Source: Candidatus Bathyarchaeia archaeon (GTDB lineage Archaea > Thermoproteota > Bathyarchaeia > Bathyarchaeales > Bathycorpusculaceae). From it: 16,079 nucleotides of DNA. Made by a program: the position numbers and the translations under genes. Below, piece by piece: positions 8,312-16,079 of this stretch; positions within the stretch are counted from its first letter, which is position 1; each line of letters opens with the position of its first letter. The notes under the pieces are model-generated. The model saw nothing but the letters and a program-made list of their open reading frames with translations, had not been told where the DNA came from and ran no database searches. The stretch is from assembly GCA_050012755.1 (NCBI GenBank), contig JBEKGO010000044.1:1-16079 (forward strand), in the 5' to 3' direction.

Positions 8312-8530
8312 GACTTGCTTTTCCCCTTAGCCACCGTTTATGTAAAAGCTGAGTATAAAAGCATAATCAGTCTCGAACTCACAACGTTTTTTTTAGGTTC
8401 AGCTAGTGTTTATCAAGAAAAAATTATGGCTTACCCATTTAGTTTAAAGCCTACGTGTGCTTCAAAACTTGCGGCGCGCATAAACATTTTTGATTGAACC
8501 AGAGGAATTTTGGCTCGCTATTCGCGCGCT

Positions 8531-8579
8531 TTCTCGCGTGAAATTTAAACGTGAATGTAAACCTAACATCCCGCGCCAT
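8531..8579 (+). repeat. att-like repeat copy 3 (arm plus tRNA 3'-end core at 8566-8578)
   Basis: 42/49 identical to 2331-2379, exactly 6200 bp away; all seven differences are transitions. Confidence 0.9.
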
Positions 8580-8852
8580 TCTCCTTTTGATAATTTGAGC
8601 TCTATTTCTGATTATTTATTTTTCGTTTATCCATGAAATCAAACCGCCTGTCTACCCAGTATCCATAATTCTTAAATTTCCAAAAAACAGAGTAGGGCTG
8701 GGAGAAGGCGGGAGAAATAGACTATAATATTGAAATTTCAGTTTTGACTTTACTTGTATCTACAACAGCAGATTCAAAAACACAGTTTTTCAGCAGTAGC
8801 TTGGAACTGCCCCGTCGAATTATCAGGTGGATAGCGGGATTGGGAACAGAAA

Positions 8853-10883
8853 ATGGTAAGAAAAGGTTCAAAAACTGTAATTAGATTTCTTTGTTTGCTC
8901 ATCCTTTCAAGCGTTTTAATAGCTGCAGGAACAACGACTGCAGCCGCTATAGACTGGTGGCCAATGTTCCAACACGATCAAGCTCACACTGGAACCACAT
9001 CCTCTGCAGTACCTTTGACCAACCAAACCCTATGGGTTAAAACACTCGGCGGAGCTGTGCGTTCTGGTTGCGCAGTTCTGGATGGCGTCGTTTACGTTGG
9101 CTGCTTCGGCGGTAACGTTTACGCCCTAGACGCCTATACTGGAGCAACAATTTGGACTTTCTCAGCTGCTGATAGTGTGTGGGGAACATTGGCCGTTGCA
9201 AACGGCAAAGTGTACTTTGGCTCAAACGACGCTCACATTTACTGCCTCGACGCTGGCACGGGCACTGAAGTTTGGAATATGTCGACCAGTGGTCAAGGTG
9301 ACTGGTCTTCAGTTGCTGTTGTAAATAACACTGTCTATATTGGGTCATGCGATGATAACATATATGCTCTCGACGCGGCCACAGGAGCCAAAATATGGAA
9401 TTACACAACAGGGAATCAAGTCCGCGGTTCTCCAGTTGTCTCTAACGGCGTAGTATATGACCTCTCAGAAGACGGAAGTTTTTACGCTTTAGATGCTTCA
9501 ACAGGTGCCAAATTATGGAGTTCACCAACTGGTAACGTGGGTACGTACACGGATTCATCGCCTACAATCGCGAACGGAATAGTCTATATTGGCTCGACCG
9601 ACGATAACGTATATGCCTTCGACGCCGCCACTGGAACGAAGGTGTGGAACTACAAAACAGGTGACGCAGTTTCATCCTCACCTGTGGTCCTTGGCGGAAT
9701 CCTCTACATCGGCTCAGCTGATGGAAACGTATATGCCCTTAACGCCAACACGGGCGGCAAAGTTTGGAGTTACCCGACAGGCGGGCCCGTCTATGCCCCT
9801 CCCGTCGTCGCTGGCAATATAGCATTCATAGGCGCGTACAGCGGAAGCAACCAAATACTTGCGTTAGATGCGGCTACCGGAGCTAAAGTGTGGAGTTACA
9901 CCGCAGGAGAGGTGTTTGCCCAAGCTGCGATAGCAAATGGTGTCCTCTATATCGGGTCATACGACAGCAATCTCTATGCATTCGGAAACCAAACCGAACC
10001 TCTCTCAAACTCCACCCCAAGTCCCACTTCTTCCCCGACACAGCCAGCGGGCGGCGAAGTCACTAAAACCGCGTGGGTTCCAGCGCCTGCAAACGGAGTG
10101 GCAGCATGTGTTGTATCTGTGGGTGCCGCGACTGTGGCTGTCGTCCTTTTTTCAGCTGCGGCAAGTGTTCCTGCCAGTGCTGCTGGCGGGTTTTTCGACA
10201 AAGTAATTACCGAAATTCGAAATCTCATACCCGACACGATTAAGAAGTGGCTCGAAGACTTTGTTGCATCCAAGCGTAAACTCAAAATTGATGAGAAAAA
10301 GGGCTCGCCATTTCTACCAACGAACGCTGAAGTCGCCGTTTATGCAACATCCGTACTCATCTTGACTTTTTCCTTCGCGTACGTTAAAGTTATTAACTTG
10401 GACCAGTTTTTGACGGTCTTACCCACGTTTTTTGCAACAAGCATCCTAGTTGCTCTTACCAGAACTTACATTATATCGCTGTATGCGCGAAGAAAAGGGG
10501 TTTGGACAGAGTATAAACTGTGGTATTTTGGAGCCGCCTTGTTTCTGATATCAAGCGTAGCTCTCAAGTCTCCTTTTTCTTCGCCTACTCGGACCGTGCA
10601 TCACTCACACAACTTCACCGAACGTCTTGGCGGCTTCCTCGCAGTCGCAGGGGTCCTCATAACATTGGGATTTGGCGGCTTGTTCTTCATCCTTCTCAAA
10701 GCCGGCGTCGTCCTAATAGGCGGAACCGGCTTAGCCATGTGCCTGATCGCAGCGTTCTTTGACACCTTCCCCATCGAACCGATGGGTGGCAGAGACATTT
10801 ACAAGTACAACAAGAAGTTGTGGGCGGTGCTTTTCCTTGGAACTCTGGTGTTGTATGCGGCTTGGATAGCACACGTATTCTAA
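8853..10883 (+). CDS. Secreted PQQ-like (BamB-type) 8-bladed beta-propeller fused by a Pro/Ser/Thr linker to a multi-pass membrane domain resembling an inactive M50 peptidase
   Basis: Signal peptide, WWPMFQHD lead-in, eight repeats of W...SP.V.NG.VY.GS.D.N.YALDA.TG, linker STPSPTSSPTQP, then several hydrophobic helices ending FFDTFPIEPMGGRDIYKYN. Confidence 0.9.
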   Translation: MVRKGSKTVIRFLCLLILSSVLIAAGTTTAAAIDWWPMFQHDQAHTGTTSSAVPLTNQTLWVKTLGGAVRSGCAVLDGVVYVGCFGGNVYALDAYTGATIWTFSAADSVWGTLAVANGKVYFGSNDAHIYCLDAGTGTEVWNMSTSGQGDWSSVAVVNNTVYIGSCDDNIYALDAATGAKIWNYTTGNQVRGSPVVSNGVVYDLSEDGSFYALDASTGAKLWSSPTGNVGTYTDSSPTIANGIVYIGSTDDNVYAFDAATGTKVWNYKTGDAVSSSPVVLGGILYIGSADGNVYALNANTGGKVWSYPTGGPVYAPPVVAGNIAFIGAYSGSNQILALDAATGAKVWSYTAGEVFAQAAIANGVLYIGSYDSNLYAFGNQTEPLSNSTPSPTSSPTQPAGGEVTKTAWVPAPANGVAACVVSVGAATVAVVLFSAAASVPASAAGGFFDKVITEIRNLIPDTIKKWLEDFVASKRKLKIDEKKGSPFLPTNAEVAVYATSVLILTFSFAYVKVINLDQFLTVLPTFFATSILVALTRTYIISLYARRKGVWTEYKLWYFGAALFLISSVALKSPFSSPTRTVHHSHNFTERLGGFLAVAGVLITLGFGGLFFILLKAGVVLIGGTGLAMCLIAAFFDTFPIEPMGGRDIYKYNKKLWAVLFLGTLVLYAAWIAHVF

Positions 10884-11065
10884 GTTTGTGCTCAGAACTC
10901 TGTGGTCCATACTGCAGTGAAGCTGTTTCTCTATATGCGGCGTGATTAACGTTCCTGAACGTAAACACCTCCTGACTCTTGAGTGAAAGGTCGAAGCGTG
11001 CGCGCTAATGCATAAACGATTTAAACGTTTGTTTGTTAGAGGAAAGGGTGGTGAGGAGACTTCAG

Positions 11066-11908
11066 ATGAGTATTGAGCTTCCAGAAGCAAAGATCCTCGC
11101 GGATCAAATGAACAAAGTGTTGAAGGGCAAACAAATCACGAGTTATAGTCTTCGAGATTGCGAAAAATTGCAGAAAATTGGGTTCATGAACAGAGATAGC
11201 AAATCCTTCGATCAACTCTTGAACAGAGTAGTCGAATATGTCACGTCCAGGGGCAACTGCATGCGCGTGAAGCTTGATGAGGGAATGAACATGATTCTTA
11301 GCCCTGAATACGGCGGCGAAATTTTTTATCACTCAGGTGAAGGTACGGTTCCAGAGAAGTTTCATGTACGAGTGGATTTTTCCGACAAAACCGCGTTGAC
11401 GGTGAGATTCACCAGTATGGGAGGCATGAGGGTATTGAAGGATGCGGAACTGATAGACTCGTACGTGTTTAAACGAGATTTCAACGCCAAGATTCTTTCA
11501 CCTTTAGATGAGGACTTCACGTTTGAGCGGTTTTCGAGACTCTTATCGAGCGGCAACCGGGCACTCAAACCTCTGCTCGTTGGAAAAGACGCCGTCTTGG
11601 TAGGGTTGAGCAACAGTGCTTTTCAAGATATAATATACAGGGCTAAGCTTCACCCGAAAAGAAAGGCTTCTGAGTTGAATTTGAATGAGCAGAAAGCCCT
11701 TTACAACTCCGTCAAGCTAGTAATTCGAGAAAGACTTCGGTTGAACGGGAAAAACCAGTTCTTAGACTTATATCAGAATCAAGGTCGTTACGTTTCAGCG
11801 ATGGGTCCGAACATGAGAAAAAAGAACTGCCCAGTTTGCGAGTCTCCTATACAGGAGCTAAGCCTTGGCGGAGGCAAAGTATTCGTTTGCCCCAAATGCC
11901 AAGTTTAA
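11066..11908 (+). CDS. Fpg/Nei family DNA glycosylase-like protein (divergent active site)
   Basis: ATG 11066 after GGTGGTGAGG RBS; N-terminal ELPE, H2TH region (LKPLLV...VGLSN...DIIYRAKLHPKR), C-terminal zinc finger CPVC...CPKCQ. Confidence 0.88.
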   Translation: MSIELPEAKILADQMNKVLKGKQITSYSLRDCEKLQKIGFMNRDSKSFDQLLNRVVEYVTSRGNCMRVKLDEGMNMILSPEYGGEIFYHSGEGTVPEKFHVRVDFSDKTALTVRFTSMGGMRVLKDAELIDSYVFKRDFNAKILSPLDEDFTFERFSRLLSSGNRALKPLLVGKDAVLVGLSNSAFQDIIYRAKLHPKRKASELNLNEQKALYNSVKLVIRERLRLNGKNQFLDLYQNQGRYVSAMGPNMRKKNCPVCESPIQELSLGGGKVFVCPKCQV

Positions 11909-12112
11909 GGACCATAAATTATGGTCGAGGAGAGCACGTTAAGAACTGAGACATAGCATTTTGAGAAATGAAACAAGCTTAAAATAATTTCTGACAATGA
12001 GGCGCGCTTTATGAAATTATTTCCAGTTGAGAACGGACAGAATGTAATTAGTAGGGTCAATAGTTTGCCCTCTCTTACCCAAGTTTGTCGTTTGGGACTT
12101 GGTCGCTTATGA

Positions 12113-12616
12113 TTATTGGTGTTGCTTGATGAATTTTGCGAGATTTACGATTTCGAGATCGCCTTTGCATCTGGGACAAATGTTTTGGATTTCAGGTACC
12201 TTTGCTCCGACTTTTATTGGAGCTCCGCAATGGCAGCAGAAGTAAGTTAGGGTTTGTCCTTTCTCTGAGAGGGTTTTAGCTAGGGCAACTGCTTCTTTTT
12301 GTGTTTCAGTTAATTCTTTCTCTCTCTTTTTTGAGGTTCCTTTTTTCTCAGTGGAAAAATTTTTGCAGGTTTCTGCCTCAACAAAATAGTTATTAAACCC
12401 AACCTTCGCAGGCGCTAAATTTTTTCCAGTTTTCTGGCAGGATTCTTCTTCGAAGTGGCCGCAGTCTTCACAGTTCTTTTTCTGTTCATATTCTTTTTGA
12501 AGTTTCCAATAGCAATCTGCGCAATACATTTGGTCTTTACCTTTTATATTCACGGTTAAACCTGCGCCAGAGAAGGATTTCTTGCAACCACCACATTCAA
12601 ACCGCATAGCGTTCAC
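12113..12616 (-). CDS. Cys-rich multi zinc-ribbon hypothetical protein
   Basis: CGGC, CADC, CEDC, CCHC and CPRC pairs; Lys/Glu-rich soluble composition. Start GTG 12616 or ATG 12607. Confidence 0.8.
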   Translation of the reverse strand: MNAMRFECGGCKKSFSGAGLTVNIKGKDQMYCADCYWKLQKEYEQKKNCEDCGHFEEESCQKTGKNLAPAKVGFNNYFVEAETCKNFSTEKKGTSKKREKELTETQKEAVALAKTLSEKGQTLTYFCCHCGAPIKVGAKVPEIQNICPRCKGDLEIVNLAKFIKQHQ

Positions 12617-12815
12617 TTTTGAAAATATTATTCGGCAGGGTTTTATTTATTGTTTGATTAAGAATCAATGTTTTTTTAGGGGATTGTAGCGTTGTTTGGA
12701 TAACCAAACCAAATAATCAGACATGCTGAGAACTATAATTCTTTTAATTTCAAATTGACAACAACTTGATCATTTTAATAATTAATCTTCCAACAATGTT
12801 CTTGGTTAGAAAAAC

Positions 12816-13412
12816 CTAATGAGTTAAGGCTGCGAAATGTGTTACTCCGATTAAAATATACTGAACTGCAATGGCTGCAATAAGCAAAGCCATAACCCTC
12901 GATATCACCAGCGAGCCCGTTTTGCCCAAAAACTTGTAAATTCTACCTATGAACCTAAGAATAACCCATGTCAAACCCAGCACTATTAAAACTGACAGAA
13001 TCGCTGCTTCAATGCCATAAACTTGAAGATTAAATATGGTTGTAGTAATGGCTCCTGGCCCCACGAGCAGCGGAATTGCAATTGGAACTGCACCTAAACT
13101 TTCTGGAGACGAATCAGTGCTATCTCGCGTACCTGATATCAAAATTCTGATAGCAATAATAAGCAGTAATATGCCACCTGCTACCTCAAAAGCATAAATG
13201 GACAACCCAAAAATATTTAGGATTTCTTGACCTGTGAACGCAAAAACAAGCAGCAGAACGACGCCAACCAATGTTGCCGTATTGTAAACTTTTTTTCTCT
13301 GAATTTCTGGAACGTTTTCAGTTAAACCAATGAAAATAGGTATGTTTCCGAATGGATCAACAATGATGAACAAAGCAATAACGGCTTTTCCTAAGTCTAA
13401 AACGAAATCCAC
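12816..13412 (-). CDS. marC: MarC family integral membrane protein
   Basis: LFIIVDPFGNIPIF, F.VAGGILL, VPIAIPLLVGPGAITT, LGKTG..VISRVMALL; six TM segments. Confidence 0.94.
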   Translation of the reverse strand: MDFVLDLGKAVIALFIIVDPFGNIPIFIGLTENVPEIQRKKVYNTATLVGVVLLLVFAFTGQEILNIFGLSIYAFEVAGGILLLIIAIRILISGTRDSTDSSPESLGAVPIAIPLLVGPGAITTTIFNLQVYGIEAAILSVLIVLGLTWVILRFIGRIYKFLGKTGSLVISRVMALLIAAIAVQYILIGVTHFAALTH

Positions 13413-13520
13413 GCAAACATTCTCCAGAGCCTAACCTAACTCGTGTTATTGACTCAATAAAAACATAGCGGACAGCTAAAAAAACAAAAAGACTATTAAC
13501 TAAATATTGCCAAAACAATA

Positions 13521-14426
13521 CTAAACTATTTTTTCCCAGCTTGTAACAAAGTCAAGGAATTCCTGCACTGGTTTACGACCATAATTTCTCAATTTCTCTC
13601 TTAATTCAACCTGCTCGATTGCTGCTTTTTGGAAAGCTTGAATTTGATTGGCTCCATCAGTAAGATATAGGAAGCCGTCGGCTCCTGCTCTTGCACATCG
13701 GACACTGACGGTCAGCAGTTCTGAGGTTGATGGCGTATCTTTTGGATTATCACCTGGACCGAAAACGTAAAAGCTAATGTAGAATGGTTTTTTAAGTAGC
13801 TTTTTGAAGCCTCGCGCTAGCATTTCCCAATACCATGGAGTAGCGTAGTTTTTGCTAAACATTACAACGTTGAAAACGTCAGCATATTTAGCTAAGTCGT
13901 CAAAGTCAACACCATAACGCTCGTAAGAGGTCACAGGGTCAGGTTGAATACACAAAACTAGTTCTTTCTTGACTGCGTCTCGCACTTGAGCAATGTAGTC
14001 GGTGACTTCTTTTCTTCGCCATTCAAGCCAGCCCAAGCCGCTTTTCTTCCATAACTCGATACATCTTGAACATGTGCAATGTCCATGGTCGGCAAAGTAT
14101 TGGCTGTTTAACCATGTGCCAGCCGACTGCCGGTCAACATCAGCTGTGTACTGTAATTGTTCAGCTCTGTGCTGCGGCTGTGTTGCACAGACGACGTCCC
14201 AATATATGTTATAGTTGGGGTTTCCCGTTTTTGCAGGTCCCAATGGTGACTGAGATATCCAATCTGGATGATTATGGACTGCGACGTTGTCGGCGAAAAT
14301 TGCAATGTTGCTGCACATATCTTGAACTGGTGTTAATCTTATGCCTGTTTCTGGTTTAACACGTAAAACATGGAAATCAAACCCTTCTGCTTTTTGGGGT
14401 TGGAACGTGTATGTGCCAAATTTCAT
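13521..14426 (-). CDS. Hypothetical protein, possibly a glycoside-hydrolase-like TIM barrel with a Cys metal site
   Basis: 301-aa ORF with protein-like composition; HPDW, VCAT.P, HCTCSRC and EWRRKEVTDYI recall GH42/GHL10-like barrels; family not certain. Confidence 0.7.
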   Translation of the reverse strand: MKFGTYTFQPQKAEGFDFHVLRVKPETGIRLTPVQDMCSNIAIFADNVAVHNHPDWISQSPLGPAKTGNPNYNIYWDVVCATQPQHRAEQLQYTADVDRQSAGTWLNSQYFADHGHCTCSRCIELWKKSGLGWLEWRRKEVTDYIAQVRDAVKKELVLCIQPDPVTSYERYGVDFDDLAKYADVFNVVMFSKNYATPWYWEMLARGFKKLLKKPFYISFYVFGPGDNPKDTPSTSELLTVSVRCARAGADGFLYLTDGANQIQAFQKAAIEQVELREKLRNYGRKPVQEFLDFVTSWEKIV

Positions 14427-14765
14427 AAGTATTTCGCCTTTTCAGCCGCAAAGAAGCGGTTGATGTGTAATAAGGTTTTTGTGTAAAGCATTATCTGACC
14501 AGTTTTTGATTTCAAAGCTGAAAAAAATTAATTAAACTGCATGTTTCTTGGTTTTATTGAGGATGATTGCGCTTTTTCCAATGTTTTAACTTAAATCTGT
14601 AAATTTGTGCAAAGACTGAAAAAATCCTCTTTTTTCTACGGGTAGGCTCTTTCACTTTTAGGCGCAGCTTTGAACGTTCTTTTAGTATGCGGCTTAATTT
14701 GGTTGAATAATTGGATGAATGGTGTTGTAAAGTGTAATAGTTTGAACAATAGCCTAATAATAAGC

Positions 14766-14798
14766 AAATATGTGTTTCATATGAGCATATTTTAAATA
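14766..14798 (+). promoter_or_regulatory. Candidate amt promoter TATA box with adjacent dyad symmetry
   Basis: TTTAAATA at about 14791-14798; AAATATG (14766-14772) and CATATTT (14786-14792) inverted pair enclosing the palindrome TCATATGA (14777-14784). Confidence 0.4.
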
Positions 14799-14867
14799 TA
14801 AGTCTGTGTAGTTGTATAGTAAAAAATTATTCAACTAAACAAACGTCAAAAAGGATTGAATGAAAAA

Positions 14868-16079
14868 ATGGCGGCAGGAGACATAGCGTGGGTAATGACT
14901 GCAACAGCCTTAGTTATGCTAATGACACCAGCACTAGGATTCTTCTACGGAGGTCTAGTGCGAAGGAAAAATCTAGTATCAACAATTGTCCAATGTTTCG
15001 TAATATTCGCAGTCATAAGCATAATCTGGGCACTATGGGGTTATGCTTTGGTGTTCGGCAACAGCATCAATGGCTTGATCGGCTTCAAGACAAGCTTGAT
15101 AGGACTAAACGGCTTAGATATACATGCTGTCAACACGGCAGTTGCGCCGCAGGTTCCTGAACTACTTTACTTCGCATTCCAGCTAAAATTCGCAGCAATC
15201 ACCCCCGCTCTCATAATTGGAGCATGTGCAGAACGAATCAGATTCAAATCTCTGCTCATATTTATGGTGCTTTGGTCTACGCTCATCTACATGCCAATAG
15301 CACATTGGGTATGGAACCCAAACGGTTGGCTCCACAACCTAGGCGCTATCGACTTTGCAGGAGGAATAGTTGTACACATTTCAGCAGGCATTTCAGCATT
15401 AGCAGCAGCACTTGTAGTAGGCAGGCGAAAAGGATGCGCAGTTCCATGGCAAAGTCATATGAAAGCATTAGATAAAAAAGACCACCCAACGGAATTCAAG
15501 CCAACAAACATCCCATACGTACTTTTGGGTGCGGCATTGCTGTGGTTCGGATGGTTTGGCTTCAACGCGGGCAGTGCAGTAGCTGCAAACGACTTAGCAG
15601 TATCAGCACTTGTAACTACAAACTTGGCAGCAGCGGCAGCAGCTGTAAGCTGGATGCTTGCCGACTGGGCAATCAAGGGGAAGCCTTCGGCAACAGGTAT
15701 TGCTGTTGGGGCTGTTGTTGGTTTAGTCGCAATTACGCCTGCAGCAGGCTACGTCAGTGCATCATCGGCACTAATTATTGGTTTAGCTGCGGGAGTTATC
15801 TCGAACCTAGTGGCTAACTGGAGAGCGGGCAGATCCCGAATAGATGATTCGCTCGATGTGTTTGCATGTCATGGTGTCGGTGGAATGTGGGGTTCAATCG
15901 CAACAGGCCTCTTCGCTTCAGCAGCAATCAGCGCATCAGTAGGCGTGCCTGGCGTTAACGGTGCGCTCTTTGGAAACCCACACCAATTAGTTGTGCAGCT
16001 AGTGGCAGTTGGTGTAGTAGTGCCTTTTGCATTCTTCGGTTCTTACTTGTTGCTTAAACTTGTAAACATATTCTCACCG
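14868..16079 (+). CDS. amtB: Ammonium transporter (Amt family), 3' end outside the window
   Basis: Not in the ORF track (no stop in window). Hand translation from ATG 14868: MAAGDIAWVMTATALVMLMTPALGFFYGGLVRRKN, FQLKFAAITPAL, AHWVW, DFAGGIVVHISAG, LLWFGWFGFNAGS, DDSLDVFACHGVGG; both conserved pore histidines are present. Confidence 0.97.
   Translation, partial: MAAGDIAWVMTATALVMLMTPALGFFYGGLVRRKNLVSTIVQCFVIFAVISIIWALWGYALVFGNSINGLIGFKTSLIGLNGLDIHAVNTAVAPQVPELLYFAFQLKFAAITPALIIGACAERIRFKSLLIFMVLWSTLIYMPIAHWVWNPNGWLHNLGAIDFAGGIVVHISAGISALAAALVVGRRKGCAVPWQSHMKALDKKDHPTEFKPTNIPYVLLGAALLWFGWFGFNAGSAVAANDLAVSALVTTNLAAAAAAVSWMLADWAIKGKPSATGIAVGAVVGLVAITPAAGYVSASSALIIGLAAGVISNLVANWRAGRSRIDDSLDVFACHGVGGMWGSIATGLFASAAISASVGVPGVNGALFGNPHQLVVQLVAVGVVVPFAFFGSYLLLKLVNIFSP

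Larger units (their letters stand above)
3392..8578. mobile_element. Putative ~5.2 kb integrated cargo module between tRNA 3'-end repeats (four co-oriented metabolic genes, no integrase)
   Basis: Bounded by cores at 3379-3391 and 8566-8578. Its left non-coding end shares motifs with 8579-8818, and its right end matches 2331-2379. Confidence 0.5.

Noticed and set aside
8147-8497. 116-aa plus-strand ORF
   Set aside because: Antisense overlap with the PAP2 gene and its promoter; no motif.
2331-8579. CRISPR array or classical integron attC interpretation of the repeats
   Set aside because: Spacing is 1-5 kb, no cas genes are present, there is no attC-type R''/R' hairpin, and the core matches a tRNA 3' end.
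8834-8845. GCGGGAT as the missing tRNA 5' half
   Set aside because: Not followed by a D arm; it lies in the leader of the propeller gene, so a chance 7-mer is likely.
9030-9986. Nucleotide-level repeats within the propeller gene as a DGR or other repeat element
   Set aside because: Explained by the eight protein-level blades; no adenine-specific template/variable pair or reverse transcriptase seen.
14430-14765. Small gene or ncRNA in the intergenic region before amt
   Set aside because: No frame with a credible start and no convincing structure; consistent with divergent promoters.
14888-15817. Short ORFs 14888-15160, 15224-15475, 15455-15676 and 15542-15817
   Set aside because: Alternative-frame or antisense shadows of the amt gene, which the ORF track missed.

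Overview
Archaeal-looking DNA (TATA-like boxes, short or absent leaders, archaeal-type gene families; Bathyarchaeia-like by impression only, not verifiable here). The left ~8.6 kb looks like a tRNA-targeted accessory island. The 13-bp tRNA 3'-end core ACATCCCGCGCCA occurs three times in direct orientation (2366, 3379, 8566). The middle copy sits within a degenerate 3' half of a long-variable-arm (Ser/Leu-type) tRNA. The outer two copies share a 49-bp block. These sites divide the DNA into cargo blocks with no recognisable integrase: an ABC-2 exporter operon with a TPR remnant; a lone class II Fic gene; and a PAP2 + alpha/beta hydrolase + Ldh_2 dehydrogenase + GlpK-like FGGY kinase block. Next come a secreted 8-bladed PQQ-type propeller fused to an apparently inactive M50 peptidase domain and an Fpg/Nei homologue lacking canonical catalytic residues. 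The right part looks like ordinary chromosome: a Cys-rich zinc-ribbon protein, MarC, a hypothetical barrel-like protein and an ammonium transporter running off the window. Two CDSs missing from the ORF track (1..240 minus, 14868..16079 plus) were translated by hand.
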